A stretch of 64,000 nucleotides of DNA from the IMG/VR virus record IMGVR_UViG_3300043372_000294, positions 32,744 to 96,743 of that record, one strand, 5' to 3'. The DNA is from a virus. Its lineage: Duplodnaviria > Caudoviricetes. Positions 1 to 11,276 of the stretch are shown here, one piece after another (position 1 is the stretch's first letter; each line of letters begins with the position of its first letter). The notes under the pieces were generated by a model that saw only the letters and a program-made list of their open reading frames with translations, made no database searches and was not told where the DNA came from. The position numbers were made by a program, and so were the translations under genes.

Positions 1-2415
1 AGTTAATGTTTCTTCATGAAACATATCAGCAACACGTTGGGGAACAAAAAATTCATCAGAAAGTTGAGAATTTAAAGTTGCACCATTAGTTATAGATTTG
101 CTCAAACACTCTCTTTCAGTAGTTGAAAGCGCATAGTTAAATACAGAGAAGTTGGAGATGGTGCCATTGAAAATATCATAGTCGGAGACTGCCTTCCCCG
201 CTCCAATCATAAGCATAGGAGTAAGGCCAGTAGATACATCTCTCAGAGGCAGAGAAATAATAGCGTCATTAGATGAGACTGGCGACCCATTATTTATATA
301 TAACGAAAGAACTCCATTATTTTTTACAATTTGCACATTATATAATGTATTATCAGATAAAGTTGCGCTGCTTATCTGCACAGAAGCTCCAGATGTATTT
401 ACATATGTTACATAAATTTTATCATCAGTAGTGTTCCAGTAACAATCTATTGATTTAGTATTAGCTGTATTGCCAATCCAAAATATTCCATTAATACCAG
501 TTGTCGTAGAGTCTTTTTTTACAAGAAAAGAATAAGTAAAATTAGTCAAATCGCTTGAAATATTTTTAAACTGCTCCCGAGTAGTATTGGGCATATTTGT
601 TGAAGAAAAACAATAGCCAGTTCCGTCAAAAACATGGCCACCCGTAATATAATTAAAACCTTTAACTGCCAAGTAATCAATTGCTGCACCATTACTGATG
701 GCGCTAGTATTCCCAGCACCAACATATGTCGCATCTAAAGATTTCAAACTATCATCATCACGATATACAGATACAACAATATCGCCCGACCCCGGACTAG
801 TGGCATCGTCTGGTTTGACAGTACCAAGATCATACAATGTAAATGTATTATATTTTGCTTCAAATCTATAATAATGACTAGTACTAAAACTTCCAGCAAC
901 AGAGGTTATAGGATAAGCAGTTCCATCTTTGACAAGACGAATAAATATTGTTCCCCCACTAATAGTGGAATACCAAGCTGAAATATAATTATCATCATCA
1001 ATATATCTAACAACCGCCCCAGATCCAGCATATAAAGTTGAAAACTTAAAATCAACATAGTGATCTAGAGAATTAAGATTATAAAGAAGGTAGCCTACTC
1101 CAGACCTACTTGAGTCGCACACAGCAGATCCCACTGGAATAGTCCAAATATCTTTTGCATTACTTATCCTCCAAGAATACATATCATTGGGGCCAAACTG
1201 CCCAAGATTAAAATCTCCAGAGCGAGTCGCGGTAATAGTAAATGTATCTTCAATTCTCTCTGGCTCCAATACTTCTTTAGTTAAAGTGTTGCTAATATTA
1301 TAAGAAGGAATACTGTAATTAGTATTGAGTAGAGGGTTTGGAGTAACTTCGAAGTCATCAAGTCTTCTGTAAGCAACCTCCATCTTCTCAGATCCATAAT
1401 CAAATACTCTATGGCCACCATTGCGAAGAGAAGTAAAGTCAATAACACCCGTAGATGCTCCAGTATAAGGAACTGACGTAGAAGCTACTCCGCTATTTGA
1501 ATCAGCAAAACTTGTATTTAATTGAAATGTATTAGCAGCTTTATTTTGAACATAATAAACTACGCCTCTAGAATCAGGGGACTCTGTTATATCAGTCAAG
1601 GTTCCTGTTGTAGAAAACCAAACTGCAGCCCCGTTCTCCAGCCCATGAGCAATAGAGTTGATCTGAGTTCTTCGATAATGAAAACTATGTGTACCAGTAC
1701 CAGTTGTAGTGATATTTACAGCAGAACCACCGGAAGTCGTTGAGACTTGAAAAGTATTAGTGGCTTTATTTACAACATAATAATTAGTATCAACAGTAAG
1801 AGGTGAAGGTAAAGTTGTAGTAGTTGTAAACCCAATTACATCTCCATTATTTAAACCATGAGCACTTTTTGTTATAGTATCCGCACCAGTCTGGACTGAA
1901 GTAACAGTCTGAGAGTTTGATTGAACTAAAGATATAGTGACACTAGTATAATAAAAACTAAGAACACCCGTCCCCGGAGTTGTAATATCTATGGGAGAGC
2001 CACCAGAAGTCGCTGAGACTTGAAAAGTATCTGTAGTTTTGTTTACTACATAATAAGTGGTGTTTACAGCAAGAGGTTGTGGCAACAGCTTTGTGCTTTT
2101 AAATTTAATAACATTACCATTTGATAAACCGTGTGTATTTTTTGTTATAAAATCTGTGTCAATATTAACAGAAGTAACAGTTTTTGTAACACTGTTAGTG
2201 CTGGAAACAGTCAAAGCATCATAGTTAGTTTTATCCATCTTGATATGAACAAGAGGACTACGAGAAGAAATTTGTTTCTCATAAGTCATGCTTGGGCTAT
2301 GAAACTTCAAATTATCGGCATAACGAATATCAGACATCCAAGCTTTAACCTTGGGCAGAATCCTCTGAGAATCGCTCTCAAGTTCATTCTTAAGATCATC
2401 CGAAATTGTTATCAT
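1..2415 (-). CDS. Large minor tail protein, runs off left edge; two HG..G..I.F...LP..L....YYV beta modules and a LamG/ConA-like region
   Basis: Absent from ORF track (no stop in window). Starts MITISDDLKNELESDSQRILPKVKAW via ATGA overlap at 2412-2415; frame spot-checked open to position 1; follows tape measure and Dit-like gene. Confidence 0.8.
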   Translation of the reverse strand, partial: MITISDDLKNELESDSQRILPKVKAWMSDIRYADNLKFHSPSMTYEKQISSRSPLVHIKMDKTNYDALTVSSTNSVTKTVTSVNIDTDFITKNTHGLSNGNVIKFKSTKLLPQPLAVNTTYYVVNKTTDTFQVSATSGGSPIDITTPGTGVLSFYYTSVTISLVQSNSQTVTSVQTGADTITKSAHGLNNGDVIGFTTTTTLPSPLTVDTNYYVVNKATNTFQVSTTSGGSAVNITTTGTGTHSFHYRRTQINSIAHGLENGAAVWFSTTGTLTDITESPDSRGVVYYVQNKAANTFQLNTSFADSNSGVASTSVPYTGASTGVIDFTSLRNGGHRVFDYGSEKMEVAYRRLDDFEVTPNPLLNTNYSIPSYNISNTLTKEVLEPERIEDTFTITATRSGDFNLGQFGPNDMYSWRISNAKDIWTIPVGSAVCDSSRSGVGYLLYNLNSLDHYVDFKFSTLYAGSGAVVRYIDDDNYISAWYSTISGGTIFIRLVKDGTAYPITSVAGSFSTSHYYRFEAKYNTFTLYDLGTVKPDDATSPGSGDIVVSVYRDDDSLKSLDATYVGAGNTSAISNGAAIDYLAVKGFNYITGGHVFDGTGYCFSSTNMPNTTREQFKNISSDLTNFTYSFLVKKDSTTTGINGIFWIGNTANTKSIDCYWNTTDDKIYVTYVNTSGASVQISSATLSDNTLYNVQIVKNNGVLSLYINNGSPVSSNDAIISLPLRDVSTGLTPMLMIGAGKAVSDYDIFNGTISNFSVFNYALSTTERECLSKSITNGATLNSQLSDEFFVPQRVADMFHEETLT

Positions 2416-2828
2416 GATTCCTCAAAAGCTACATCAACAGTCCAAATAAATACCCCGGAAGGAGCATCTCTTTTTATCAAAGACTCCTTATAGTCAGTCA
2501 CAAAAACTGTGAACTCCTCATATTTGCCATTTTGATAAAAAAATCTTAAAGTGTGGGAATCAGAACTATCCCCAAACAATTTTACCATAGTATCACGGGC
2601 AGCGTATCCATCAATAGTGCAAGTGCTATCATCCGGCAAATAATCCCATTTTGTAGAAAAAGTATGCTTAACAGACTTGACATACTTCTTTCTAGTGCCA
2701 TTTGCCAGATCAATAGTAACAGATCTTTCATCACGCGATCGATCAACAGCCGAACGCCCCTGATCAGTTAACTGAACATTATCAATCCAAATAGCTGCCG
2801 GATAAAAGAGTGTATTCCCTGATGTCAT
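2412..2828 (-). CDS. Distal tail (Dit-like)/minor tail protein
   Basis: 138 aa directly after tape measure, ATGA-coupled on both sides. Confidence 0.65.
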   Translation of the reverse strand: MTSGNTLFYPAAIWIDNVQLTDQGRSAVDRSRDERSVTIDLANGTRKKYVKSVKHTFSTKWDYLPDDSTCTIDGYAARDTMVKLFGDSSDSHTLRFFYQNGKYEEFTVFVTDYKESLIKRDAPSGVFIWTVDVAFEES

Positions 2829-5800
2829 TTTATACTATACCTATCGTTATAGGAAGAAATAGTTCTTCTCTGCTGCCCGATCTTCTTACGTTCCTGAGGA
2901 GTAATCTTCATATCATATTTCTTCATAAGCTCATTAAACCATGCTTCTTCGCCAACAAAGGTTTCAACGCAGATATAAACGTCACCAGATTGCCCTCCGC
3001 CACCTCCGCCACCAGAAGACCTCGAAGAACCTGAGAACCCCATACTGTAGCCAGCAGCAGCCCTTATTGCAGCCCCCGCTTGCGCTCTGACGCCAAGCTG
3101 GGCAGAAGCGGCAGCGAGGTATCCGACATTAGCGGCACGATACTTGGGGTCAGTAGTAATAACATACTCATCATAACCACCCTCGCCAATATTAGCAAGA
3201 ATACCATTCTTTCTATTTTCTACAAGACTACCGCCACCGGCATACTGCACAACTCCGCCCATAGCCATCTTGAAAGCTCCAGCATTAGCGTTATACATAC
3301 CACCAGTAGCAGCTTTAACCCATATACCAGCCTCATTCTGTTTGTAAGCAGGGTTATCGGCAAGACCAGCGGCTGTATAAATCATAGGCTTGCCATTGAT
3401 CCATATAGTTTCACCAAAATTTGCTCCAGTTGTATCTATAGAATTCAATGTTTTGACAACATGATTAGGATCGTTCAAATCAATATTAATCAATACTGTT
3501 TTTCCATTTACCTGAAGGACTTCAAATCCAAGATCTTTAATCTTCTGAATAAGCGCTTCTGCCTCAGCGGTGCCCGGCCTAATGCCTTCAGTCGTTAATT
3601 GCTTAAAAATCTCCTCAGCCTTGCCAATATTGCTAATCGTGACATCTCTAACCTGATTAGTGCCAATAATTTGAACGCCTGTGACTTCTCCGCTTTCATT
3701 TTTTATAAATTCAGCAGCAGCACCAAACTGATCCTGCAAAACCCCATTAACTACTTTCCACTGACTTCCCATTTTATCTGTATACACAGTAAAGTTTCTA
3801 TTTATATTGTCACCGTGTCTAATTATTTCTTTCTCACTTACGCCAAAAGCTGTGCTAATTCTTGTTGTAGTTTTGCCCCAACTATCTTCAACACTCTGCG
3901 AAGTTACCGTCGCTTGCCTAGCGCCTCTCTTGTAAATATTGAGCGCAGCCGTAATTGTTTCATCAGTAAACCCTAAATAAAGAGCCTTATCTTTAATCTG
4001 ATTTTCACTTACACCTTTATCAAGTAATGCAAGAATTTTGAAAACTTCACCAAAATTATGAAGAGGTTCACTTTCAATATAACTTGACTTATTGCTATTT
4101 TCATCCCTATAACTAGCAGTGCTGCCACTATATTTTGTGATTGCATTATCAACTTCATTTGCAGTGACGCTCTTAGCTTCAGGCCGGATGGTATTCATCC
4201 CAGCAGTAGTTCCGCTAGCCCCAACTGAGCCCATACCAGCACCAGAGCCAACCCACCTCAGAATGTCCCTTTGACTTGGCTCTCGCTCTGGCGGCATATT
4301 GGCGCGTGTAATAAAACTATCAAAAGCAGCTTTTTCCTCTGGATTGAGGGAAGCAAGCGCTTTTGCTGCACCAGTCGTGCCACCAGTTGGACCGCCAGTA
4401 GGAGTTCCAGCTTGAGTAGCAATGATTGCAACACTATTAGCTGAAGCAAAGCCAATCATCCAAGCGCTACGAGAGTCCTTCCCGGCCCTTAGGAACTCAT
4501 CTGCAATTTGGCCATTAGTCTCCTTAAAGACTTCGAGCATACGATTCATAGCATCCTGAGCTACAGCAGGCAACTCTCCACCATTATCGACAACGATTTG
4601 ATTAATCTGATCCATCATGCTCTGGAATTCACCAATCGTTGCCGGAGCATACTTAATAATTAAATCAATGTGATCCTCAAGAGATTGCTTCTGAATGTCG
4701 AAGGCCTCTTTTGCAGCCTCTTTCTCAAGATTAATCTGATCTTTCTTAGTAGCTCTTTCTTCTTTGAGTAAATCTTTATTACGATCATTATCAATGTCAT
4801 TGATAGCTTTATTGTTTTCAGCAACAGTCTTAGAATGCTCAAGATCAAGTTTGCGAGCATCATCATAACGCCCCTCGTAAACAGCAGCAAAACGTGCTTT
4901 TTTATAGTTATTATTATCAAGCTCTCTCTTGTCAAGAGCTTCTCTTCTTTTGGCAAGATACTCCTGAGTTTTGAACAATTTCTCTTCAGCTTTTTCCTGA
5001 TCGTCAATGGCTTTAATACGAGCATCATAAACTTTCATTGCAGCATCTTGAGCTTTTTGCAACGATGCCATAGCGGACTTTTTGATTTTTTCAAGCTCTT
5101 TATCTAGATTACTATAAACTTTGCTAATCCAAGTTTCAACCCAACTGGTACCACTAGCAGAATCAGCAACCCCCTCATTCATAGCCTCGCCAACATCAGT
5201 GCCCAAATCATTACCAGCTTTTTGAGCATCAGGCTTAGCCGCATTCGCTCCTTCATTAACAGCTCTACCAAAAGCTCCACCAAGACCGCTTCTGAATGTC
5301 TTGTCAAGATCACTTACCCACGAAGGATTATTCGCAAAATCCCTCATGCTATCGCCCCAACCATCAAGACTTCTACCGACATCACCAAGGCCGATAGCCT
5401 TCAAGATTGCAGAAGATCCACCAAGAATTTTGTCAACCAATCTAGCAAAAACACCGGCAACAAACTGAGCAACTGAAACAACAGGTCTACCAAGCAACTC
5501 ATACAACATCGCTCCCGCATAATTAAGCGCATTAACCCAATCGCCAGTAAAAAGAGCGAAAACAAAGCCTACCATATCTTTCACAGTATAAAAAATCAAC
5601 TCAAAAGCAGGCATCAGCCAGCCGATAAGATTGCCAAGCCAACCTAAAGCAGTACCGATGATTTCGGCAACCTTGCCAGCAGCAGCGCCAATACCCTCCC
5701 AGACACTTGAAGCCTTTTCCCCCTCAGACCCACCAGTACCAAGCTGACCAATAATTGACTTAAAACGATCAATAATAGCAGAGAAAGCTTCCTTGACCCT

Positions 5801-8584
5801 TTCGAAGCCAGCTTTTAAGGCATCAAGACCCGGCTTCATCGTAGCCATTATCTGACCCCAATGACTCTTTATACCCTTGAACAAAGTAATGAGAATAAAT
5901 ACTGCAGCAATAATTGCTGCAACAATTAAAGCAATCCAGCTAAACGCAACTACCCCCGCTGAAAGAACGCCACCAATTCCAGTAGCAAGTGAGGTAAACG
6001 CTGCCTTGAAACCACCGGAAAATATAGTGGCAATTCTTGGACCAAGCCCCGCGATGCCATTAACTGCACCAGTGGCACCAGTTTTGATGGCACCACCAAT
6101 TTTCTTGGCAATAACAACAGGAGCAAGTTGAGAAACAAGACCGCCTTTCTGGGCGGCAGCAGTAGTCGCCAGACCAGCGGCCTGCTGCTCGGCAGCCACA
6201 AGATCCCCGTGCCTTGCTGCGGCATTAGTGAACTGCGCTGCAGTATTTGCATTAATAGCTATAGTTTCGTCTATCAACTCTAGTGCATTCAACTTCTCGG
6301 CAGTGGTTAAGCCGGTTGTCGTAGAAATAAGTAAATCTCTTGAAGCTATCAGATTTGCGTTAGTAATATGCTGACCATTTGACAATGTAATGTCAATAGG
6401 CTTCAACGCTAAACTTGCAGCTTCTGCATCAAATAGAGCCGTAGTTGCAGCAGCATTAGCCAACTTCGCTTGAGCCACACTAAGATTATTGCCAACTTGC
6501 ATTTTGTCAAACTGACCCAGTTTACCAAAAACAGCATTCTTTATACCTCCGCCACCAAGCATAAAAGTTTTACTACCAAGTTGCATAACTCTATTAGTAG
6601 CTAAAAGTTGTGTATTCATCAAGGCTTGAGCATTAGTGATATTAGTAATACCCGGAATCATAAAGGTAACAACTTTAAGCAAAGACATCAAAGAGTACTG
6701 AGCCATTGCTGCAGTATATTTAATTGGGCCCATAGCTGCAGCAAAAGCGCCAACAGCAAGTGCTACCTTATAAAAAATGGGGGGAGCATCTTGAAGTTTC
6801 TGCAGGAAAGCAAGAAGCTTCTCACCGACAGCAACAAGAGTTGGGGCAATATTAGCGCCAATCTGAATAAACAACTGATTCATTGCCGTTTTTAATCTTG
6901 CAATAGCAGTTGTGGGATCTTTCTTGTACATCTCAACTGCGTGCTTATATCTTTCGCTTGGATCATCAATATCAATTCCTTCGATCTTAATTTCACCAGA
7001 ATAAATCATACCCTTAATAAAATCGGAAGTAACATTTTCAAGTGTTATTGTTCCAGCAGCAAGTCGATCTAATTCAATTTTACCTGCAGCAAGATCATTG
7101 AAATACGAGTTCATACGAGCAGCTTGGCGAGTACCGAAAAGCTCAGGTGCGACAGATGCTCTCTGTTTATCACTCATACCATCAAACTGAGCACCAAGTG
7201 CAAGCATCTTCGCTGATGCATCAGACATATTGCCATTAGCATTGAAAAAAGTAAAACCTAAATCTGCAATGTGTTCTTTTGCTTTTTTAGTAGGATTAAC
7301 AAGCCTCTGAAGAGCAAACTTAAGACCATGAGCAGCTTCAGTCGCAGGAATACCGCGATTATACATACCAGCAAGAGACGAAGCAGTAGCGGCAGCAGAA
7401 AAGCCCATCTGAGACATAACAGGGGCAACCTCGGGAATACCGGCAGCAAGATCTGCAAGCTTCACGGAAGTATTATCAGCAATAGCATTCAACTGACTCA
7501 TGACCACATTGGTCTTTTCGATAGACTCCATCATGGTCAGATCAGGATCATCAGAAAAAAGCGCCTTAGTGGTTCTGAAGAACTGGAATGCTGCATCAGT
7601 ATCCATATTACCAAGAAGGGAAAGATTCTGGACACTCTTGACATATTCATCAATATTCTTAGAACCACGAACACCTAACTGAACAACTTCCTGATAAGTA
7701 TGAGCAACAGCTTTAGTGCTAGCGCCATAAGCTAAAGCAGTAGCATTAATTTCTTTGCGTAACTTGTCATACTTAACATCGTTCATGCCAGCAGCATTTT
7801 TATCTAATCCTTTGAAATCCGTAACTTTTTTAATACTAAGAATTTCAGTCTCAACAGATCTCCAAGAAGAGATAGCCCTACTAGCCATCAAACCAAGAGG
7901 GAGGCTGATACCTTGAATCATCTGCCTGCCAGCCCACTGCTGCTCCTTTACCGCTGCACCCCAAGCCTGCGTGTAACCATCTAGGTTAGATTTAGCAAGC
8001 CGAATCATCGAAGAGACTCTCTGCATACCAGAAAGTCCCTGCACTAAAGTGGGAGCACCGCCAGCAGCAGCCCGAATGCTTCTCTCGGTAGCAATGCCCG
8101 CCAAAGAAGTATCCTTCAAAGCAGAATTGGCTGTACGCATATTAGTTATAAAATGGCCAAGAGTCTTGGGCGTCGCCATGACAGCATAGCCAACTCTGTC
8201 CATACTCTCGGCAAAAAGTTTGGCGCCGTCTTGGCCATATTTGGTTTGCATATCAAATGCTTTACCAAACTGATTTCTAGTTACATTTGTAAGAACAGCA
8301 CCAAGCTTTGATGTCTCCATACTTAGAGCATTAGTGCTTGCAATATTTTTATTACTAATTATTTGGTGTTTAGCCTGCTGCTGCTCAATTTTTGTTAATG
8401 TAGATAAATATTTTTTAGCCAAAGCATCAGCTTGAGCGAAAACAGAAACACTATTAGTAGTTTTTGCCATTTGACTAATTTTTTCAAGAGCAAATTTAAT
8501 TTGGTTTAAGCTATCTATAACCGAAGAATTGTTACCCGGAATAGCATTAAACCTTAGAGTAATTAGCTCATCACTATTTGCCAT
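2825..8584 (-). CDS. Tape measure protein
   Basis: 1919 aa, Ala/Gly-rich helical, TP901-like core (LADLAAGIPEVAPV..MG), hydrophobic middle; follows tail chaperones. Confidence 0.95.
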   Translation of the reverse strand: MANSDELITLRFNAIPGNNSSVIDSLNQIKFALEKISQMAKTTNSVSVFAQADALAKKYLSTLTKIEQQQAKHQIISNKNIASTNALSMETSKLGAVLTNVTRNQFGKAFDMQTKYGQDGAKLFAESMDRVGYAVMATPKTLGHFITNMRTANSALKDTSLAGIATERSIRAAAGGAPTLVQGLSGMQRVSSMIRLAKSNLDGYTQAWGAAVKEQQWAGRQMIQGISLPLGLMASRAISSWRSVETEILSIKKVTDFKGLDKNAAGMNDVKYDKLRKEINATALAYGASTKAVAHTYQEVVQLGVRGSKNIDEYVKSVQNLSLLGNMDTDAAFQFFRTTKALFSDDPDLTMMESIEKTNVVMSQLNAIADNTSVKLADLAAGIPEVAPVMSQMGFSAAATASSLAGMYNRGIPATEAAHGLKFALQRLVNPTKKAKEHIADLGFTFFNANGNMSDASAKMLALGAQFDGMSDKQRASVAPELFGTRQAARMNSYFNDLAAGKIELDRLAAGTITLENVTSDFIKGMIYSGEIKIEGIDIDDPSERYKHAVEMYKKDPTTAIARLKTAMNQLFIQIGANIAPTLVAVGEKLLAFLQKLQDAPPIFYKVALAVGAFAAAMGPIKYTAAMAQYSLMSLLKVVTFMIPGITNITNAQALMNTQLLATNRVMQLGSKTFMLGGGGIKNAVFGKLGQFDKMQVGNNLSVAQAKLANAAATTALFDAEAASLALKPIDITLSNGQHITNANLIASRDLLISTTTGLTTAEKLNALELIDETIAINANTAAQFTNAAARHGDLVAAEQQAAGLATTAAAQKGGLVSQLAPVVIAKKIGGAIKTGATGAVNGIAGLGPRIATIFSGGFKAAFTSLATGIGGVLSAGVVAFSWIALIVAAIIAAVFILITLFKGIKSHWGQIMATMKPGLDALKAGFERVKEAFSAIIDRFKSIIGQLGTGGSEGEKASSVWEGIGAAAGKVAEIIGTALGWLGNLIGWLMPAFELIFYTVKDMVGFVFALFTGDWVNALNYAGAMLYELLGRPVVSVAQFVAGVFARLVDKILGGSSAILKAIGLGDVGRSLDGWGDSMRDFANNPSWVSDLDKTFRSGLGGAFGRAVNEGANAAKPDAQKAGNDLGTDVGEAMNEGVADSASGTSWVETWISKVYSNLDKELEKIKKSAMASLQKAQDAAMKVYDARIKAIDDQEKAEEKLFKTQEYLAKRREALDKRELDNNNYKKARFAAVYEGRYDDARKLDLEHSKTVAENNKAINDIDNDRNKDLLKEERATKKDQINLEKEAAKEAFDIQKQSLEDHIDLIIKYAPATIGEFQSMMDQINQIVVDNGGELPAVAQDAMNRMLEVFKETNGQIADEFLRAGKDSRSAWMIGFASANSVAIIATQAGTPTGGPTGGTTGAAKALASLNPEEKAAFDSFITRANMPPEREPSQRDILRWVGSGAGMGSVGASGTTAGMNTIRPEAKSVTANEVDNAITKYSGSTASYRDENSNKSSYIESEPLHNFGEVFKILALLDKGVSENQIKDKALYLGFTDETITAALNIYKRGARQATVTSQSVEDSWGKTTTRISTAFGVSEKEIIRHGDNINRNFTVYTDKMGSQWKVVNGVLQDQFGAAAEFIKNESGEVTGVQIIGTNQVRDVTISNIGKAEEIFKQLTTEGIRPGTAEAEALIQKIKDLGFEVLQVNGKTVLINIDLNDPNHVVKTLNSIDTTGANFGETIWINGKPMIYTAAGLADNPAYKQNEAGIWVKAATGGMYNANAGAFKMAMGGVVQYAGGGSLVENRKNGILANIGEGGYDEYVITTDPKYRAANVGYLAAASAQLGVRAQAGAAIRAAAGYSMGFSGSSRSSGGGGGGGQSGDVYICVETFVGEEAWFNELMKKYDMKITPQERKKIGQQRRTISSYNDRYSIK

Positions 8585-8613
8585 GCTTTAGTCTCCACAC
8601 TCACTAAACTGCT

Positions 8614-9281
8614 CTATTCCATTATAGAATAACCTAGATTTATAGGCAACCTAGAAACCTGCTCTTGGCCATAAATAGGTTCTACTTCACCGCTCTTGCC
8701 GGAATTCGCCTCCCAAGGCTGAACGTACTCAGGATCGACAGTTTGCCTCCTTGACGGAGGCTCATCTTCTTCAACATCTGCACCCATAGCCGCAGCGACA
8801 GTCTTTGCAAGACGATTTTGGCGAATCATAGTGGCCTCATAAATTTCAATAAGCTCATCAAGACTAAGAGAGTCCTCAAGCTCAAAAAAATTTTTCCACG
8901 AACCACATTCACAGAAAATCTCTCGCTCTAAATCTATAAGAGGAATATCATCCAGAGTAGTCCCTGAATCATCATCCCCGCTTACGCGTTTGGGTCAGTG
9001 CCCATTCCAGCAGCAATAAGCTGATTGAACGACTTGATGTCAAGAAGAGTCTCAAGCTCATCAAGATCTGCTGCAAGCTCAGGCTCAATGCTCTCAAGAA
9101 TAATTGAGGCAGCCTGAACCATAAGGTCAACAGACTCCTCGTCATCAGAGGAAGCCTCCATAGACTTCATAACAGAATTCAGTTTACGAAGTTGACGAAG
9201 AGAAACAGGATAAATAGTTCTAGTCTTGTCAGAAAAAACAATATCCATACCCGGACGTACATTATTACTAGCTTTTGGCAT
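8614..9281 (-). CDS. Tail assembly chaperone, long (G-T) form via -1 frameshift at C CCA AAC (8994-8988)
   Basis: The -1 frame from the slippery site reads RVSGDDDSGTTLDDIPLIDLEREIFCECGSWKNFFELEDSLSLDELIEIYEAT and is continuous with track ORF 8614-8829. Confidence 0.85.
8982..9281 (-). CDS. Tail assembly chaperone, short (G) form
   Basis: Between major tail and tape measure; ends ...GTDPNA* just after the slippery heptamer. Confidence 0.85.
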   Translation of the reverse strand: MPKASNNVRPGMDIVFSDKTRTIYPVSLRQLRKLNSVMKSMEASSDDEESVDLMVQAASIILESIEPELAADLDELETLLDIKSFNQLIAAGMGTDPNA

Positions 9282-9319
9282 TACACACACTCCTATAAGG
9301 TAAAAGGCTATTATAGCAC

Positions 9320-9344
9320 AAAAAGGAGCGGATTTCTCCGCTCC
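9320..9344 (-). terminator. Intrinsic terminator after major tail gene
   Basis: GGAGCGGA-GAAA-TCCGCTCC followed by TTTTT on minus strand. Confidence 0.75.
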
Positions 9345-9371
9345 CCTTTGTATTGCTATTAATTCTTAAGA

Positions 9372-9941
9372 TCAGACCTGATCAACGATGGTGCCATATT
9401 CCCGGCCAGTAGAGCCTTGATCGGGAAGCAGACGGAAGGTAACCGGGAACGAAATGTTCTCAGCACGCTTCAGCATATGTGCGCTTGAATCATACTGAAC
9501 AACTCGGTTGCAAGTATAAACGCGGGTCTTGGTTACAAGGCCACTGGAACCGGGGGCGGTGCCGGTGATCCTAATCGAACGCTCAACCGGATAAACTGAC
9601 TGAAGGCCAATACGAAGAGTAGTGGACCCAGCAGCAGGCGTACTAGTCAGAATCTCATTTCCGGCGCCCGATGTCTCAAGGTTCCAAGCGTAAGCAAGGT
9701 TTTGAAGCGTAGCTTCAGCAAGCTTAGTCTTTACGGTAACCTTAATCTTCGAAACAATAACGCGAGCGGCATCACCGAACTGATCAACCTCAATGTCAAC
9801 CATATCTGGCTCCCAAGAGATTTCAGCGCCATCCTGCGTAGCGCCAATATCAGCGTAAGTGCCGATAACACCTGCAGTGCTGATCTGGGCGATCTCAAGA
9901 ACACCCTCGCCAGTAATAATATTTGAAAAGTTAACTGCCAT
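9372..9941 (-). CDS. Major tail tube protein
   Basis: 189 aa, IGATQDG...DIEVDQ...LAEATLQNL...FPVTFRLLPD pattern; position upstream of chaperones. Confidence 0.9.
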   Translation of the reverse strand: MAVNFSNIITGEGVLEIAQISTAGVIGTYADIGATQDGAEISWEPDMVDIEVDQFGDAARVIVSKIKVTVKTKLAEATLQNLAYAWNLETSGAGNEILTSTPAAGSTTLRIGLQSVYPVERSIRITGTAPGSSGLVTKTRVYTCNRVVQYDSSAHMLKRAENISFPVTFRLLPDQGSTGREYGTIVDQV

Positions 9942-10081
9942 TTCATTCTCCTATTCTAGAATAAATTAAAGTGAGTATTAAACTCAACAACATAGACCTT
10001 TAGAACACACGTTTGTGGAGATTTTACCTTATAGCCACTGCTCCATATATAGATTAACTGAATTTTACTTATAAAGCAAAA

Positions 10082-10489
10082 TTAGATTTCTATATATCCA
10101 ACCTCAAAATTGCGTGTAACACTAGCAAATCCATCACGCTCAATGGCTGGATACATCTCGCCTCCCGCTAATCTTGACCAGCAGAGCCTATAATCTGGTG
10201 TGGTGAACAACGCTTTTAAAGAATCTACGCTATCACCGATATTAAGAAATCCATCTATTAACTTCGCAATATCTTTAGCCCTAGAGAGATTTGTATCAAA
10301 AACATAATAAGTCAAAATTGATTCTCTCAACCAATATTGCTCAACGCTACGAGTGGCCACAGACTCATCCCAAGTGATAAAAGGCGCAACAGAGTCATCA
10401 TAGCCATAAAGAGGAGTTATATCAATTTCTGTATAACCATTAGTTACCAGATATTGTTTTAACACTGGATTAATATATACACCTATCAT
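10082..10489 (-). CDS. Tail terminator protein
   Basis: 135 aa, APFITW motif, position just before major tail. Confidence 0.65.
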   Translation of the reverse strand: MIGVYINPVLKQYLVTNGYTEIDITPLYGYDDSVAPFITWDESVATRSVEQYWLRESILTYYVFDTNLSRAKDIAKLIDGFLNIGDSVDSLKALFTTPDYRLCWSRLAGGEMYPAIERDGFASVTRNFEVGYIEI

Positions 10490-10902
10490 TTTAACATCCT
10501 ATAATAAGCTCTAGCTTGACGCTGCGCTCTTCTGATCGCACTATCTATCAACTCTTTATGAGATTTTGACCCCGGATGATCAACACTTCCCGCAAATTGT
10601 CCGCCACCAATCGGCATTGGGCCTGAGGATGCAATGTGATGCCTTTTAGTCCCATGATATATAAAAAGACCAATATTATCTCTGGCACGAACAGAAACAT
10701 TTTGAACATGACTACCACCAGAAACTTGAACAATAAAATGTTTACTTTTTTCCCCAATAGCTTGATATAAATTTGCAATAATCAAAGTTTTCACCATATG
10801 AGATAATTGCATATTTCTTATATACAACAAGGAATTTCTTTGAATTAGTCTTTGCTCTACTTTTTTCATAGCTTGCAGATTTTTGATTTCAACAGTAATC
10901 AT
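10486..10902 (-). CDS. Neck/tail-completion protein (HK97 gp10-like)
   Basis: Basic protein with FIYHGT..H.I...V.HPG motif; synteny. Confidence 0.6.
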   Translation of the reverse strand: MITVEIKNLQAMKKVEQRLIQRNSLLYIRNMQLSHMVKTLIIANLYQAIGEKSKHFIVQVSGGSHVQNVSVRARDNIGLFIYHGTKRHHIASSGPMPIGGGQFAGSVDHPGSKSHKELIDSAIRRAQRQARAYYRMLK

Positions 10903-11276
10903 TCTATCACCGTCTTAACTCTAACCTGAATATGCTGAACTCTTCCAGAGAATCCAACGTGCTTATCAATCTGCATAATCTGAAGCCACCTAGAGTCAAC
11001 AACTTCCCCGCCAACAGCAACTCTTAAATTCTTAAGCCTTGTAGTGTATGAAATATCGGCATCATGGGGAAAAAAGATAGTAAAATAATCTGCCTGCTCA
11101 ATAGTAGGCGAAGTGCGGATCGCAGTACTAGATGCTGAAGGAACATATGAACAGTACTGATTTTCAGTCTGCAAGTTCCAGGAAGCATTCTCCTGACCCA
11201 TATCATTACGGGTGGATACTCTGCTATAAACATCAACTTTATGGGCAAAAGAGATATGGGATCGGCTAGATAACAT
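10899..11276 (-). CDS. Head-to-tail stopper (head closure)
   Basis: N-terminal ..RNDMGQ...W motif, beta-rich, synteny; start moved to MLSSRSH. Confidence 0.65.
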   Translation of the reverse strand: MLSSRSHISFAHKVDVYSRVSTRNDMGQENASWNLQTENQYCSYVPSASSTAIRTSPTIEQADYFTIFFPHDADISYTTRLKNLRVAVGGEVVDSRWLQIMQIDKHVGFSGRVQHIQVRVKTVIE

